A DNA stretch of 64,000 nt, taken from the NCBI GenBank assembly GCA_964535655.1, contig CAZHTP010000002.1, positions 90,054-154,053 of the forward strand, given 5' to 3'. This document shows, one piece after another, positions 47,843 to 56,715 of the stretch (position 1 is its first letter; each line of letters opens with the position of its first letter). The notes under the pieces were generated by a model. The model saw only the letters and a program-made list of their open reading frames with translations, was not told the origin of the DNA and did no database searches. Both the position numbers and the translations under genes were made by a program. Origin of the DNA: an uncultured Gammaproteobacteria bacterium. Lineage in GTDB: Bacteria; Patescibacteriota; Microgenomatia; JALYQM01.

Positions 47843-49651
47843 ATGAAAAAATTTATATTTTTTTCGGCTGTGCTACTATCTCTGGTTTTTGTAAGCCAAG
47901 CATCTGCTGATTCAGAATTTAGTGAAAAAGATTCTGTTTTGTATAACATCAACGAAGATGGCTCAACCCATGTTACGCAAAACATCAAAGTCACCAACAA
48001 AACCGCAGAGTATTACACCAATAAGTACTCGTTAAGGGTAGGAACACAAAAAATAACCAATCTAAAAGCATACGATAAGGCGCGCGCCATTAAAGCAGAT
48101 CTACAAGAAGGGACTGCTGCGGCAATAACCCTTGACTTCCCCGATCAAATAATCGGCAAAAATAGCACTCGCAGTTTTACAATTGAATACGACACGCAAT
48201 CGATTGCCCAAAAGCTCGGAACATCCTGGAGCATCACAATCCCACGAGTCTCAAGTAATGATCTTGACGAATATCTAGTAGCAATTTCAGTACCACAATC
48301 ACTTGGTGCTGCTTCAACCATTTTTCCTAAGCCCGAAAGTGAGACAATTAAAGGAATAAGAACAGAATATACTTTTAGCACTGAACAAATGACTAGCTCA
48401 GGTGTAACGCTAAGTTTTGGGGATAAGCAAGTATATACTTTAGGATTAACTTATCACTTGAGTAACACGCAAAAAAATAGCGTTTACACCGAGATCGCCT
48501 TGCCGATGAACACTCCTCACCAAACCATTGTTTACGAATCACTTAACCCAAGTCCTCAATCCATCTATGCCGACCAAGATGGTAATTATATAGCTCGCTA
48601 TATTCTCAAGCCCAAAGAAAGTATTCAGGTACAATCAATCGCCAAAGCAATTGTGTACATTAATAAGCAGTACAAAGATAACAATCTGTCTGAGTCACAA
48701 AAGAGCATATATTTAGAAAAGCAGCCATACTGGGAAAGTGATGATAAAAAAATTGTAAACCTAGCAAGTGAATTAAAAACGCCCGAGCAAATATATCGCT
48801 ACGTAGTTTCAACATTAACCTATAATGCGGCGAAAGTAAGCAACAATTTTGACCGGATAGGAGCGGCCAAAATTCTATTAAGCCCCAAAAACAGTGTTTG
48901 TATGGAATTTACCGATCTATTTGTCGCGCTTGCCAGAGCTGCTAAAATCCCCGCTCGCGAGATCAACGGCTACGCGTATACAAGCGACGCAACCCTTCGC
49001 CCAGCATCACTCTCACAAGACACTCTTCACGCTTGGCCTGAATATTATGACGATGACCAAGGTTGGGTTCAAGTCGACCCAACCTGGGAAAACACCACAC
49101 ACGGTGTTGACTACTTTAATTCTTTTGATCTCAATCACGTTGCGTTTGTAAAAAAAGGTGTAAGTAGCCAGACACCGTATCCCGCTGGTGCGTACAAAGG
49201 TGTAGATGAAAATACGCACGATGTCGTTGTTAACTTTATCTCCGAAGAACCACAGATTAATAAGGCTATTAATACAACGCTTGATACCCCAAAAAGCCAT
49301 GTTGCAGGCGCAACTTTGAATTGGAAAATAGGGATTAAAAACACCGGCAACACTGGATTTTTGGGAGACATCCTTGAGGAGGTCCAGTTTAAAGATAAAA
49401 AAACTTCACAACAGTTTCCTGTTATAGTCCCACCATTTGGATCAACAAGTATTACGGGTAATGGTCTAAAAACCGAAATGAAAGACAGTGGTACAGCTTT
49501 GATTACAGTCAAAGCCCTTGACCACGTTGTAGATAAGCAGGTAGAGATTGTTCCATTTTATCGCCACTCGGCTACTTTAGTGGGATTTCTGTATTTACTT
49601 GGTGCACCACTAGTTGCCATCTTTTCGTACAGAGTACTCCACAAAAAATAA
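47843..49651 (+). CDS. Secreted transglutaminase-like cysteine protease superfamily protein with C-terminal TM anchor
   Basis: Signal peptide, Cys-His-Asp core (CMEFTDLFVALARAAKIPAREINGY ... HAWPEYY ... WVQVDPT), and a C-terminal hydrophobic helix. Confidence 0.65.
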   Translation: MKKFIFFSAVLLSLVFVSQASADSEFSEKDSVLYNINEDGSTHVTQNIKVTNKTAEYYTNKYSLRVGTQKITNLKAYDKARAIKADLQEGTAAAITLDFPDQIIGKNSTRSFTIEYDTQSIAQKLGTSWSITIPRVSSNDLDEYLVAISVPQSLGAASTIFPKPESETIKGIRTEYTFSTEQMTSSGVTLSFGDKQVYTLGLTYHLSNTQKNSVYTEIALPMNTPHQTIVYESLNPSPQSIYADQDGNYIARYILKPKESIQVQSIAKAIVYINKQYKDNNLSESQKSIYLEKQPYWESDDKKIVNLASELKTPEQIYRYVVSTLTYNAAKVSNNFDRIGAAKILLSPKNSVCMEFTDLFVALARAAKIPAREINGYAYTSDATLRPASLSQDTLHAWPEYYDDDQGWVQVDPTWENTTHGVDYFNSFDLNHVAFVKKGVSSQTPYPAGAYKGVDENTHDVVVNFISEEPQINKAINTTLDTPKSHVAGATLNWKIGIKNTGNTGFLGDILEEVQFKDKKTSQQFPVIVPPFGSTSITGNGLKTEMKDSGTALITVKALDHVVDKQVEIVPFYRHSATLVGFLYLLGAPLVAIFSYRVLHKK

Positions 49652-49713
49652 AAAAAATCCCACCGAGGTATTACTGATGTTGTAAACAACAAAAGTAGGA
49701 TACCCCGGTGGGG
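49641..49713 (-). terminator. Rho-independent terminator for the minus-strand GC-rich gene, probably acting bidirectionally
   Basis: 13-bp stem CCCACCGAGGTAT/ATACCCCGGTGGG with one mismatch. On the minus strand it is followed by a T-run (complement of the 49641-49657 A-run). Confidence 0.55.
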
Positions 49714-49724
49714 CGAATACAAGG

Positions 49725-50714
49725 CTAGGCGCACTTGGCGACTAGAGCGCGAAGTCTCTCGACTTCGGCTAGCCAGTAACGCCCTGTGGCGGTAAGGTCG
49801 TTTCGATCGCTTTCAAGGTCACCTAGGACGTCTTGCGCTATGATGATCTGGCCGTGCTTTGTCTCAATCTGAGACTCAATGCCAGCTATCTGCGCCTTCG
49901 TGTCCTGTATTTCTCCCTTAACCTCTTGGATTGACTGCATCAGTCGGGACCTTGTCTCTCGATCAGGCTCATCCCTTAGCTCTGCCTGCAGCTTGGCGAG
50001 CTCCTCTTGAAGAGATACTAAAAGGTCCTCGGCAGCAGCCAGCTCTCTAACCAGCGCGCGCTCTGCCGCTATTAACCCTTCGAGAGTCGACTTTTGGGTC
50101 GCGATCCGACCTTCGACCTGCCGTAGGGATTTCGCGATCTCCTTAGCCTTTTCCTGTGCAGCGGCGAGCAGCGCACGAAGCTCGTTGCAGTCGCCTGACG
50201 CGGCTGCAGGTGACGGCGACGGCGCCGAGGTCGGGGCGGGTTGCGACTCGTCGTCGTTGTTCTGTTGGGCCGCTTGGTAACCACCATTGACATAGAATGC
50301 CCACAGCTCATCGCGATCTCTGACGGCTTGCCCATATTTCGCATGGTATTGCGGCTCTGTAATAACCCATGCGTTGATGTCCTGCCATTCTTGATAGGCC
50401 TTGCTCGTGGTCATATACCCTAGCGGGTTCCACACTGGCCCTACCAGAATGATGCTATAATCTCCCGCACGCGGGAGATCGTCCGTAGGCAAAACGTCAT
50501 TGATACCGACCGACTCCGGTGGTGACGTTGGCGCTGTTTCCACTGATTCCGGGGCCGCCGTTGGTGCCGATGGCACTGCGGTTGCGGCCGGCCGAGCAGG
50601 CGGCGGGGCAGGGGGGAGACAATCCCCTGTGTCCCTGCACCCAGCGCTCACTGGCGAAACCCCGAGGAGGATCCCGATCACCACTGCGAACACGAGCCAA
50701 ATTCTGGTTCTCAT
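49725..50714 (-). CDS. Secreted/lipoprotein-like protein with Pro/Ala-rich region and a long C-terminal coiled coil, encoded by a GC-rich (~60%) gene
   Basis: Start taken at MRTRIWLVFAVVIGILLGVSPVSAGC, with RBS AAGGAGG 5 nt upstream. C-terminal heptad-like LRALLAAAQEKAKEIAKSLRQVEG... region. Composition contrasts with the AT-rich flanks. Confidence 0.65.
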   Translation of the reverse strand: MRTRIWLVFAVVIGILLGVSPVSAGCRDTGDCLPPAPPPARPAATAVPSAPTAAPESVETAPTSPPESVGINDVLPTDDLPRAGDYSIILVGPVWNPLGYMTTSKAYQEWQDINAWVITEPQYHAKYGQAVRDRDELWAFYVNGGYQAAQQNNDDESQPAPTSAPSPSPAAASGDCNELRALLAAAQEKAKEIAKSLRQVEGRIATQKSTLEGLIAAERALVRELAAAEDLLVSLQEELAKLQAELRDEPDRETRSRLMQSIQEVKGEIQDTKAQIAGIESQIETKHGQIIIAQDVLGDLESDRNDLTATGRYWLAEVERLRALVAKCA

Positions 50715-51030
50715 TGCGCCCTCCTTAACGAGCAAGAATAGGGGAACATCCCCATATCAAATTCTTGCCCTTGGCACACGAGAGGCTCATACAAATGAGC
50801 GCCTTGTGTGCCAAAGGAGGATTTATTTATAGCCTTGTAAACGTGCAAATATGTATTCTGTATAGTAAATTAAATTAAGAAATTCTTAATCATTCGCCTA
50901 CAGAATCCCCGTAGTATATCAAAAATAACAGACGCAGTCAACTACTATAGGCCTACGTCGTAATACCTCAAAACTCTGGTGAAAAAGTTTAACGATGTAC
51001 TGAAAATATTAAAATTGTTAACATACACCT

Positions 51031-52341
51031 ATGTCTGAGATCAAAGACTCACTAAAAGAAACTTTAAAATCCCTGCCCGAAAAGCCAGGAGTATATCTCT
51101 ACCACGACGCAGGGAATAAAATCATATATGTCGGTAAAGCAATAAACCTGAAAAATCGCGTCCGTTCCTATTTCCAGTCGCCAGATAAGCTAGGGCCAAA
51201 AACAGCAGCACTTGTTGCCAATATTGAAAGGATCGAATATTGGGAGGTAGACAGCGAAATCGAAGCCCTTTTGCTTGAAGCAGAGCTTATCAAGCTTCAT
51301 AAGCCTCGGTACAACATAATCTTAAAAGACGATAAGTCGTATCTTTATATCAAAATCAGCACCAATGAAGAAATTCCTCGTATTTCAACCGCTCGTCGCG
51401 AAAATATTGAAGGTGTAACGTATTTTGGCCCTTTCCCTAGTGCGCAGACTGCTAAAAACGTTTTAAAGACCATTCGTCGCGTTTTTCCGTATTGTTCCTG
51501 TAGCCCTGGGCAAAACACGCAGAAAGCATGCTTTTACAATCATATTAATCTTTGCCCGGCGCCGCGTGCTGGGCTAGTAAGTCCTGAGGCGTATAAAGAT
51601 CAGTACATAAAGCAAATCACGCTATTTTTAAGTGGTAAGAAAAAACTAGTCATTAAAGAAATTGAAAAAGAGATGAATACGGCAGCGAAAGATTTGCGCT
51701 TTGAAGATGCATCCAAGCTTAAAAAGAAACTCGATGATCTAATCTATATTACGCAGTCCGTAAGAAAGCCAGCGGACTACATAGAAAACCCCAATCTAGT
51801 GGAGGACCAACGAATAAAAGTACTCGAAGAACTGCAAGCCCATATTAATAAATATATTAATTTGCCAACTCTACCCAATAGAATAGAATGTTACGATATT
51901 TCCAATATTCAAGGCAAAGAAGCCGTAGGGGCAATGGTTGTTTTTACCAATGCTCAGCCAGATAAGGGCGAATATCGCAAGTTTAAAATTCGTACAAAAG
52001 ACACACCAGACGACTTTACTATGATGTCTGAAATGCTGCGCAGGCGGCTAAACAATGATTGGGAGTTACCAGACTTAATTGTAATCGATGGTGGTAAAGG
52101 CCAACTCCAAGCAGCGCTTGACACTTTAAAAGAAGTCGGAGCCACGATTCCCGCAATTTCACTTGCAAAACGTCTCGAAGAAATATACTTTAAAGTAGAG
52201 GGTGATTTCGAAAAGATTCTCTTGCCACGCAACTCAAAGCCATTACAGTTATTGCAACACATGCGCGACGAAGCGCACCGCTTTGGAATAACTTTTCACA
52301 GGTCACTGCGCAGCAAAAAGTTACTTTCGGAAAAAATTTAA
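51031..52341 (+). CDS. uvrC: Excinuclease ABC subunit C (short form lacking the C-terminal HhH2 domain)
   Basis: GIY-YIG domain (GVYLYHDAGNKIIYVGKAINLKNRVRSYF), UvrB-interacting region, and a C-terminal RNase H-like endonuclease domain (HMRDEAHRFGITFHRSLR). 436 aa. Confidence 0.8.
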   Translation: MSEIKDSLKETLKSLPEKPGVYLYHDAGNKIIYVGKAINLKNRVRSYFQSPDKLGPKTAALVANIERIEYWEVDSEIEALLLEAELIKLHKPRYNIILKDDKSYLYIKISTNEEIPRISTARRENIEGVTYFGPFPSAQTAKNVLKTIRRVFPYCSCSPGQNTQKACFYNHINLCPAPRAGLVSPEAYKDQYIKQITLFLSGKKKLVIKEIEKEMNTAAKDLRFEDASKLKKKLDDLIYITQSVRKPADYIENPNLVEDQRIKVLEELQAHINKYINLPTLPNRIECYDISNIQGKEAVGAMVVFTNAQPDKGEYRKFKIRTKDTPDDFTMMSEMLRRRLNNDWELPDLIVIDGGKGQLQAALDTLKEVGATIPAISLAKRLEEIYFKVEGDFEKILLPRNSKPLQLLQHMRDEAHRFGITFHRSLRSKKLLSEKI

Positions 52342-52760
52342 TGAAACATATTATCCGCAATATTTTAATTGCTATCGGTGGAATCTATTTGTTAACCTTC
52401 CTTAATAGTGGATTCACCTATTCGGGAGATTATCGTACGCTTCTTTTGGCTGGCTTTGTCATGTTTTTTCTTGACACCATTGTTGAGCCTATTCTTAACA
52501 TAATTTTTATCCCGATTAATTTTCTTACAGCGGGGCTATTTAAGTGGATTGTAGCGGTTGGACTATTTTACGCTCTAGTCTACTTTGTCCCTGCTATTCA
52601 TATTAGTTCTTGGTTTTTTTCTGGCTATTCCTTAGTAGTCCCAAAGTTTAATACCATCCATATTCCTTCATACAACTTTGCCTTTTGGCCAAATTTAGTT
52701 CTATTGTCCTTTATGTATAACTTTGTAGTAGGATGGTTAAAATGGCTTTGTAGTGATTAA
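52341..52760 (+). CDS. Hypothetical membrane protein
   Basis: 139 aa, 4 TM helices. Start overlaps the uvrC stop. Confidence 0.4.
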   Translation: MKHIIRNILIAIGGIYLLTFLNSGFTYSGDYRTLLLAGFVMFFLDTIVEPILNIIFIPINFLTAGLFKWIVAVGLFYALVYFVPAIHISSWFFSGYSLVVPKFNTIHIPSYNFAFWPNLVLLSFMYNFVVGWLKWLCSD

Positions 52761-52807
52761 AAGCATTGGTTTGCGCTCCAGTCGCGCTTAGTATATAATC
52801 CTAAGGT

Positions 52808-53026
52808 ATGAAAATTCTTCAGATAATACAAATCACTCAGATTATTGTCTCTGTACTGCTTATCGTTGTGGTTTCTATTCAAGGCAAGGGGGCAGGGCTT
52901 TCCTCAACATTCGGCGGGGGAGCACTGTACAGCACACGTCGTGGAGCTGAAAAATTTGTTTTTTACGCGACCATTATTCTCGGAATCCTATTTGCCGGCC
53001 TTTCTCTCACAACATTATTTATATAA
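52808..53026 (+). CDS. secG: Preprotein translocase subunit SecG
   Basis: 72 aa, two TM helices flanking the Gly-rich motif QGKGAGLSSTFGGG. Confidence 0.6.
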   Translation: MKILQIIQITQIIVSVLLIVVVSIQGKGAGLSSTFGGGALYSTRRGAEKFVFYATIILGILFAGLSLTTLFI

Positions 53027-53044
53027 TCAGTTATAATAGCTACT

Positions 53045-54460
53045 ATGAATAAGCAGATCCGGTTCTATTCCTGGATGATTCAGGGGTATATTCGTAAGCA
53101 CACACTTAAAACACTTTTTATACTCTCCCTAATTATTATTTCAGGCTATGGGATATCTCTGTGGATTCCAACAATTACCAAGCCCAATGAAGATATTTTT
53201 ATTGAAGGGTACGTTGGTAAGTTTACTAAACGTAATTTACCACCGCAAATTCTAGACTATATCAGTTATGGTTTAGTAACAACTGACGTCCAAGGCAAAC
53301 CGATACCAAAAGCGGCCGAATCAATTGAATCAGATGGAACTGGCAAAAAATTTACCGTCAAACTACGAAAAGATATTAAATGGCATAACGGCACACCACT
53401 CCTTTCGACAGACTTAACGTATAACCTTGCTGATGTACAGATTGATAGGCCTGACGAGCACACCTTAGTTTTTACTCTTAAAGATTCCTTTGCACCATTC
53501 CCTACATTGTTAACAGGTCCACTCATTAAAATTACCTCTTCAAATGACGAAGTGCTGGGAATAGGTGATTACTACCTTGCTACAGAAGAGTACCGACAGA
53601 CTCAGTATATAACTACTATTGAATTACGTTCAGTAAAAAAATCTCCGCATATTGTAAGAATTAAATTTTATCCAACGGAACAGGATGCCGTTACTGCATT
53701 AAAGCTTGGGCAAATTCAAGGACTACGAATAACTAATTCTCAAGAAGTAAGAGATTGGAATAATGTAGTGGTGTATGAAAAAGTCATTCCTAAGCGATTT
53801 GTAGGAGTATTTTTTCAGTTAAAAGATAATTTAGTAGGGGGCAAAGAGCCTATTCTTAGACAAGCACTATCAGCAGCAATACCCGACATACCTAAGGAGC
53901 TACAATTTAAAGGGCCATTCCCCCCAGGATCATGGGCCGAATCTTCAATTGAAAGCAAATACCATAGTGCCCCCGATAAAGCGAAACTACTTCTTGATCA
54001 ATACAAGAAAAATAATAAAGGCTCAACTCAAGATCTCTCAATAACACTGTCAACGTTACCTGCGTACAAAAACACGGCCGATCACGTAGCTCTTGCCTGG
54101 GCAAATATTGGAGTAAAAACGAAAATAAATATTGTTGATAAAATCCCAGAAAATTTTCAAGCGCTTATCATTGGACAAGAAATCCCCGCCGATCCAGATC
54201 AATACAGTTTATGGCATTCCACTCAAAAGCAATCGAATATAACGAACTATGATTTTAACAAGCGAGTGGACAAAGATTTGGAAGATGCCCGAAAGACTAT
54301 TAATGAAAATGTCAGAAAAGAAAAATATGCGGATTTTGAAAAGCAGATATTAGAAGATGTCCCTGTAATCTACTTGTATCAACCTTATTATGAGTACGTA
54401 TTACTCAAGAAAAAAAATACTGAACAGGTAAAGCAGTTTAAAGGGTTTTCTTCAAAGTAG
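53045..54460 (+). CDS. Extracellular solute-binding protein, family-5-like (peptide/oligosaccharide ABC transporter SBP-like), membrane anchored
   Basis: N-terminal TM and ~450-aa periplasmic-type domain. Weak family-5 SBP resemblance only. Confidence 0.4.
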   Translation: MNKQIRFYSWMIQGYIRKHTLKTLFILSLIIISGYGISLWIPTITKPNEDIFIEGYVGKFTKRNLPPQILDYISYGLVTTDVQGKPIPKAAESIESDGTGKKFTVKLRKDIKWHNGTPLLSTDLTYNLADVQIDRPDEHTLVFTLKDSFAPFPTLLTGPLIKITSSNDEVLGIGDYYLATEEYRQTQYITTIELRSVKKSPHIVRIKFYPTEQDAVTALKLGQIQGLRITNSQEVRDWNNVVVYEKVIPKRFVGVFFQLKDNLVGGKEPILRQALSAAIPDIPKELQFKGPFPPGSWAESSIESKYHSAPDKAKLLLDQYKKNNKGSTQDLSITLSTLPAYKNTADHVALAWANIGVKTKINIVDKIPENFQALIIGQEIPADPDQYSLWHSTQKQSNITNYDFNKRVDKDLEDARKTINENVRKEKYADFEKQILEDVPVIYLYQPYYEYVLLKKKNTEQVKQFKGFSSK

Positions 54461-54570
54461 GGTTAATCTAATGAGCATCCTGTCGAGCTCTATTCTGCGC
54501 ATACTTATCAGCGCGCGCCTTCCCGCCACTTCGTGCAACTCTTTTTCTTGTTTCTACATCTGCATAGTAT

Positions 54571-54590
54571 AAACCGCGCGGTTTTGATTT
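54571..54590 (+). terminator. Candidate rho-independent terminator (AAACCGCGCGGTTT palindrome followed by a T-rich tract)
   Basis: Seen directly ~110 nt downstream of the SBP gene. Confidence 0.3.
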
Positions 54591-54599
54591 CTGACTTCG
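54587..54599 (+). repeat. 13-nt direct repeat ATTTCTGACTTCG (first copy). The second copy is at 54964-54976, inside the recombinase A 3' coding region
   Basis: Exact match seen directly. The two copies bracket the tRNA-Arg/tRNA-Lys pair. Confidence 0.5.
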
Positions 54600-54766
54600 T
54601 GTCATAGCTGCCTCCAGATATTTATATCAAATATATAATAATAATGTATAATAAGATTATCATATAAAAATATTTTGTTCAACAGGAAAAATGCGCAAAA
54701 GATATAATTTAGTTTTGTATCTCTGTTGTGATATAATTCCTAAGAACAAATCGTTAGTTTCTATCC

Positions 54767-54839
54767 GCCTTCGTAGCTTAATGGATAGAGCAGTTGGCTT
54801 CGAACCAACCGGTTGGGGGTTCGAGTCCCTCCGAAGGCA
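54767..54839 (+). tRNA. tRNA-Arg (anticodon TCG)
   Basis: GCCTTCG-TA-GCTT-AATGGATA-GAGC-A-GTTGG-CTTCGAA-CCAAC-CGGTT-GGGGG-TTCGAGT-CCCTC-CGAAGGC-A. Confidence 0.8.
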
Positions 54840-54882
54840 CCGAGCAGAAGCCAGTCTCGCGACTGGTTTTTAGTTGTTTTTT

Positions 54883-54953
54883 GGGCTGGTAGCTCAGCGG
54901 TAGAGCAGTTGCCTCTTAAGCAATTGGTCCTGGGTTCGAATCCCAGTCAGCCC
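54883..54953 (+). tRNA. tRNA-Lys (anticodon CTT). The 3' 38 nt are also the antisense of the 3' end of recombinase A
   Basis: GGGCTGG-TA-GCTC-AGCGGTA-GAGC-A-GTTGC-CTCTTAA-GCAAT-TGGTC-CTGGG-TTCGAAT-CCCAG-TCAGCCC-A. Confidence 0.8.
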
Positions 54954-56715
54954 ACAAGTTATCATTTCTGACTTCGAACTTTCCTTCGCTGGCAAGCCGT
55001 TGCATTATGTCTTGCGGTAAGCGTAAATCTATTCTTACTTGGTACGGTATTACTTGGTCTTCCTTCTTTCGACCCGCTATAACGTCTTTTTTTGTCGCTT
55101 TTCGAGTGTAAACATGGATTCTATCAACGATAAGATGTATTAAAGTTGACACTTCTTGCCTGTCTGTCATTAGCCCGTCTAAAAATGGTTTATATTGCTT
55201 TGCGAATAACTTAAAGGTTCGAGCATAAACGTTTGAAATTTCACCTTCACCGATTTGAAATTGTATTGTTGCTAAGTCTTTCTTTAATTCGACTTCTTTT
55301 CTATTTATGTTGTCCATTTTTTCGTCATATTCTGCGTCGCTAATATCGCCTCGCTCATACATACGTTTTACGTTTTGACGTCGTCGTGGCAATTCGTTTA
55401 GAACTTTTGTTATATCTGATTGTTTTTTCTCTAGCAGTCTTTTTCTGGCCTTTGTCGATTGAAGTGAATTAACATGGTTGTAGACGCTTTGGGGGTCATT
55501 TAGTAAGTCTTTTACAAAGTTCGATACAAATTGTTCTATCTCGTCGGCTGGGAAGGGAATAGCCCTACAAACAGTCGAATACTTTTTTGTATTCTTTGCA
55601 CCACATTGGTAGTAGTAAGCCCGTTTACCGTTCTTCTTAATAACCTTACTTGTTCCCGTCCAGTTAAGCGGGTCACGGTCAGAATAAGGGTCGTAGCAAG
55701 CATGACATTTTAGAAGACCAGACAATAAATAAAGGTGATTATCAGCCGTTTTCTGGCTATTTCGTAAGGCGATATCTTCTTTAATGCGTTGTTGCGCCAA
55801 TTCAAATATACCGAAGTCGATAATTGCGTCATGCTGGTATGGCGATTTTTCCCATAAAGACCTGTCAAGACGCTTACTTCCCTGGTTCTTGTTGTAATAA
55901 TAAATACCTAAATACACTTCGTCTTTAATAATTGCTCTAACAGTCGAATCGCGCCAAAAATGTGGGTCATTTATCTTCGTGCGGCCTGCCCGTCTTTTGC
56001 CATATTTAATCGCGGAAGGCGAAGGTGTGAGAACTTTTTTATCTATTAGGTAGTCAGCAATTTGCTGGGTATTTCTTTTTTCGACTACAAAAAGTTCAAA
56101 AATGTTGCGCACAATTTCAGTTTCAGGTTGTAAAATTTGAAGCCGCTTATCTTTATCCTTTTTATAGCCATAAGGCGCGTTTGCACCCATATAGACGCCA
56201 CGTTCTATCGCTTGCTTTTTGCCACCCTGCGTTCTATCTTTTGTTGTTTCCCTTTCGAGTTCAGCTACTACCCCGATAATACCTAGCATTGCTTTACCGA
56301 AGGGCGTAGAGGTATCTATACTTTCATTCGCAGAAATGAATTTTATGTCGTGAGCCTCGAAGTATTCAGTTACTTCCAGTAGGATTTTTAGCTTACGGGC
56401 GAATCTATCAATACGATAAACAAGAACAATATCAAAAGGTTTTACGCCACCTGGCGCGTTTTCTATATCTTCTTTCATTCGTATAAACGCGGGTCTTTGC
56501 TCTAAGGGCGTTGTGCCACTAACACCTTCTTCTTTGTATAAATACTGTTTGCCAGCTAAAACCATAGCGGGTTTACCGTTATCAAGATTGCCTTTAGACG
56601 CAATAATCCCTTCTATTGAAGCCTTTTGCAAAGGAATGCCGTATTTTTCCATTTGTTCGTCCGTAGATACTCGAAGATATCCCGCGGCACGAAGTGTTAC
56701 TTGTTGTTTATTCAT
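54916..56715 (-). CDS. Large serine recombinase A
   Basis: YLRVSTDEQ catalytic motif, recombinase domain, and Cys-containing zinc-ribbon region (CHACYDP...YYYQCGAKN). The C-terminus ..WADWDSNPGPIA* is translated from the antisense of the tRNA-Lys T-arm and acceptor. Confidence 0.85.
   Translation of the reverse strand: MNKQQVTLRAAGYLRVSTDEQMEKYGIPLQKASIEGIIASKGNLDNGKPAMVLAGKQYLYKEEGVSGTTPLEQRPAFIRMKEDIENAPGGVKPFDIVLVYRIDRFARKLKILLEVTEYFEAHDIKFISANESIDTSTPFGKAMLGIIGVVAELERETTKDRTQGGKKQAIERGVYMGANAPYGYKKDKDKRLQILQPETEIVRNIFELFVVEKRNTQQIADYLIDKKVLTPSPSAIKYGKRRAGRTKINDPHFWRDSTVRAIIKDEVYLGIYYYNKNQGSKRLDRSLWEKSPYQHDAIIDFGIFELAQQRIKEDIALRNSQKTADNHLYLLSGLLKCHACYDPYSDRDPLNWTGTSKVIKKNGKRAYYYQCGAKNTKKYSTVCRAIPFPADEIEQFVSNFVKDLLNDPQSVYNHVNSLQSTKARKRLLEKKQSDITKVLNELPRRRQNVKRMYERGDISDAEYDEKMDNINRKEVELKKDLATIQFQIGEGEISNVYARTFKLFAKQYKPFLDGLMTDRQEVSTLIHLIVDRIHVYTRKATKKDVIAGRKKEDQVIPYQVRIDLRLPQDIMQRLASEGKFEVRNDNLWADWDSNPGPIA

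Noticed and set aside
50497-50832. Several 67-110-aa ORFs overlapping the GC-rich minus-strand gene and its upstream region
   Set aside because: Alternative frames of GC-rich DNA. No RBS, and Arg/Gly/Ala-rich nonsense products.
54691-54873. 60-aa ORF spanning tRNA-Arg
   Set aside because: Overlaps a well-formed tRNA, and the product is low complexity.
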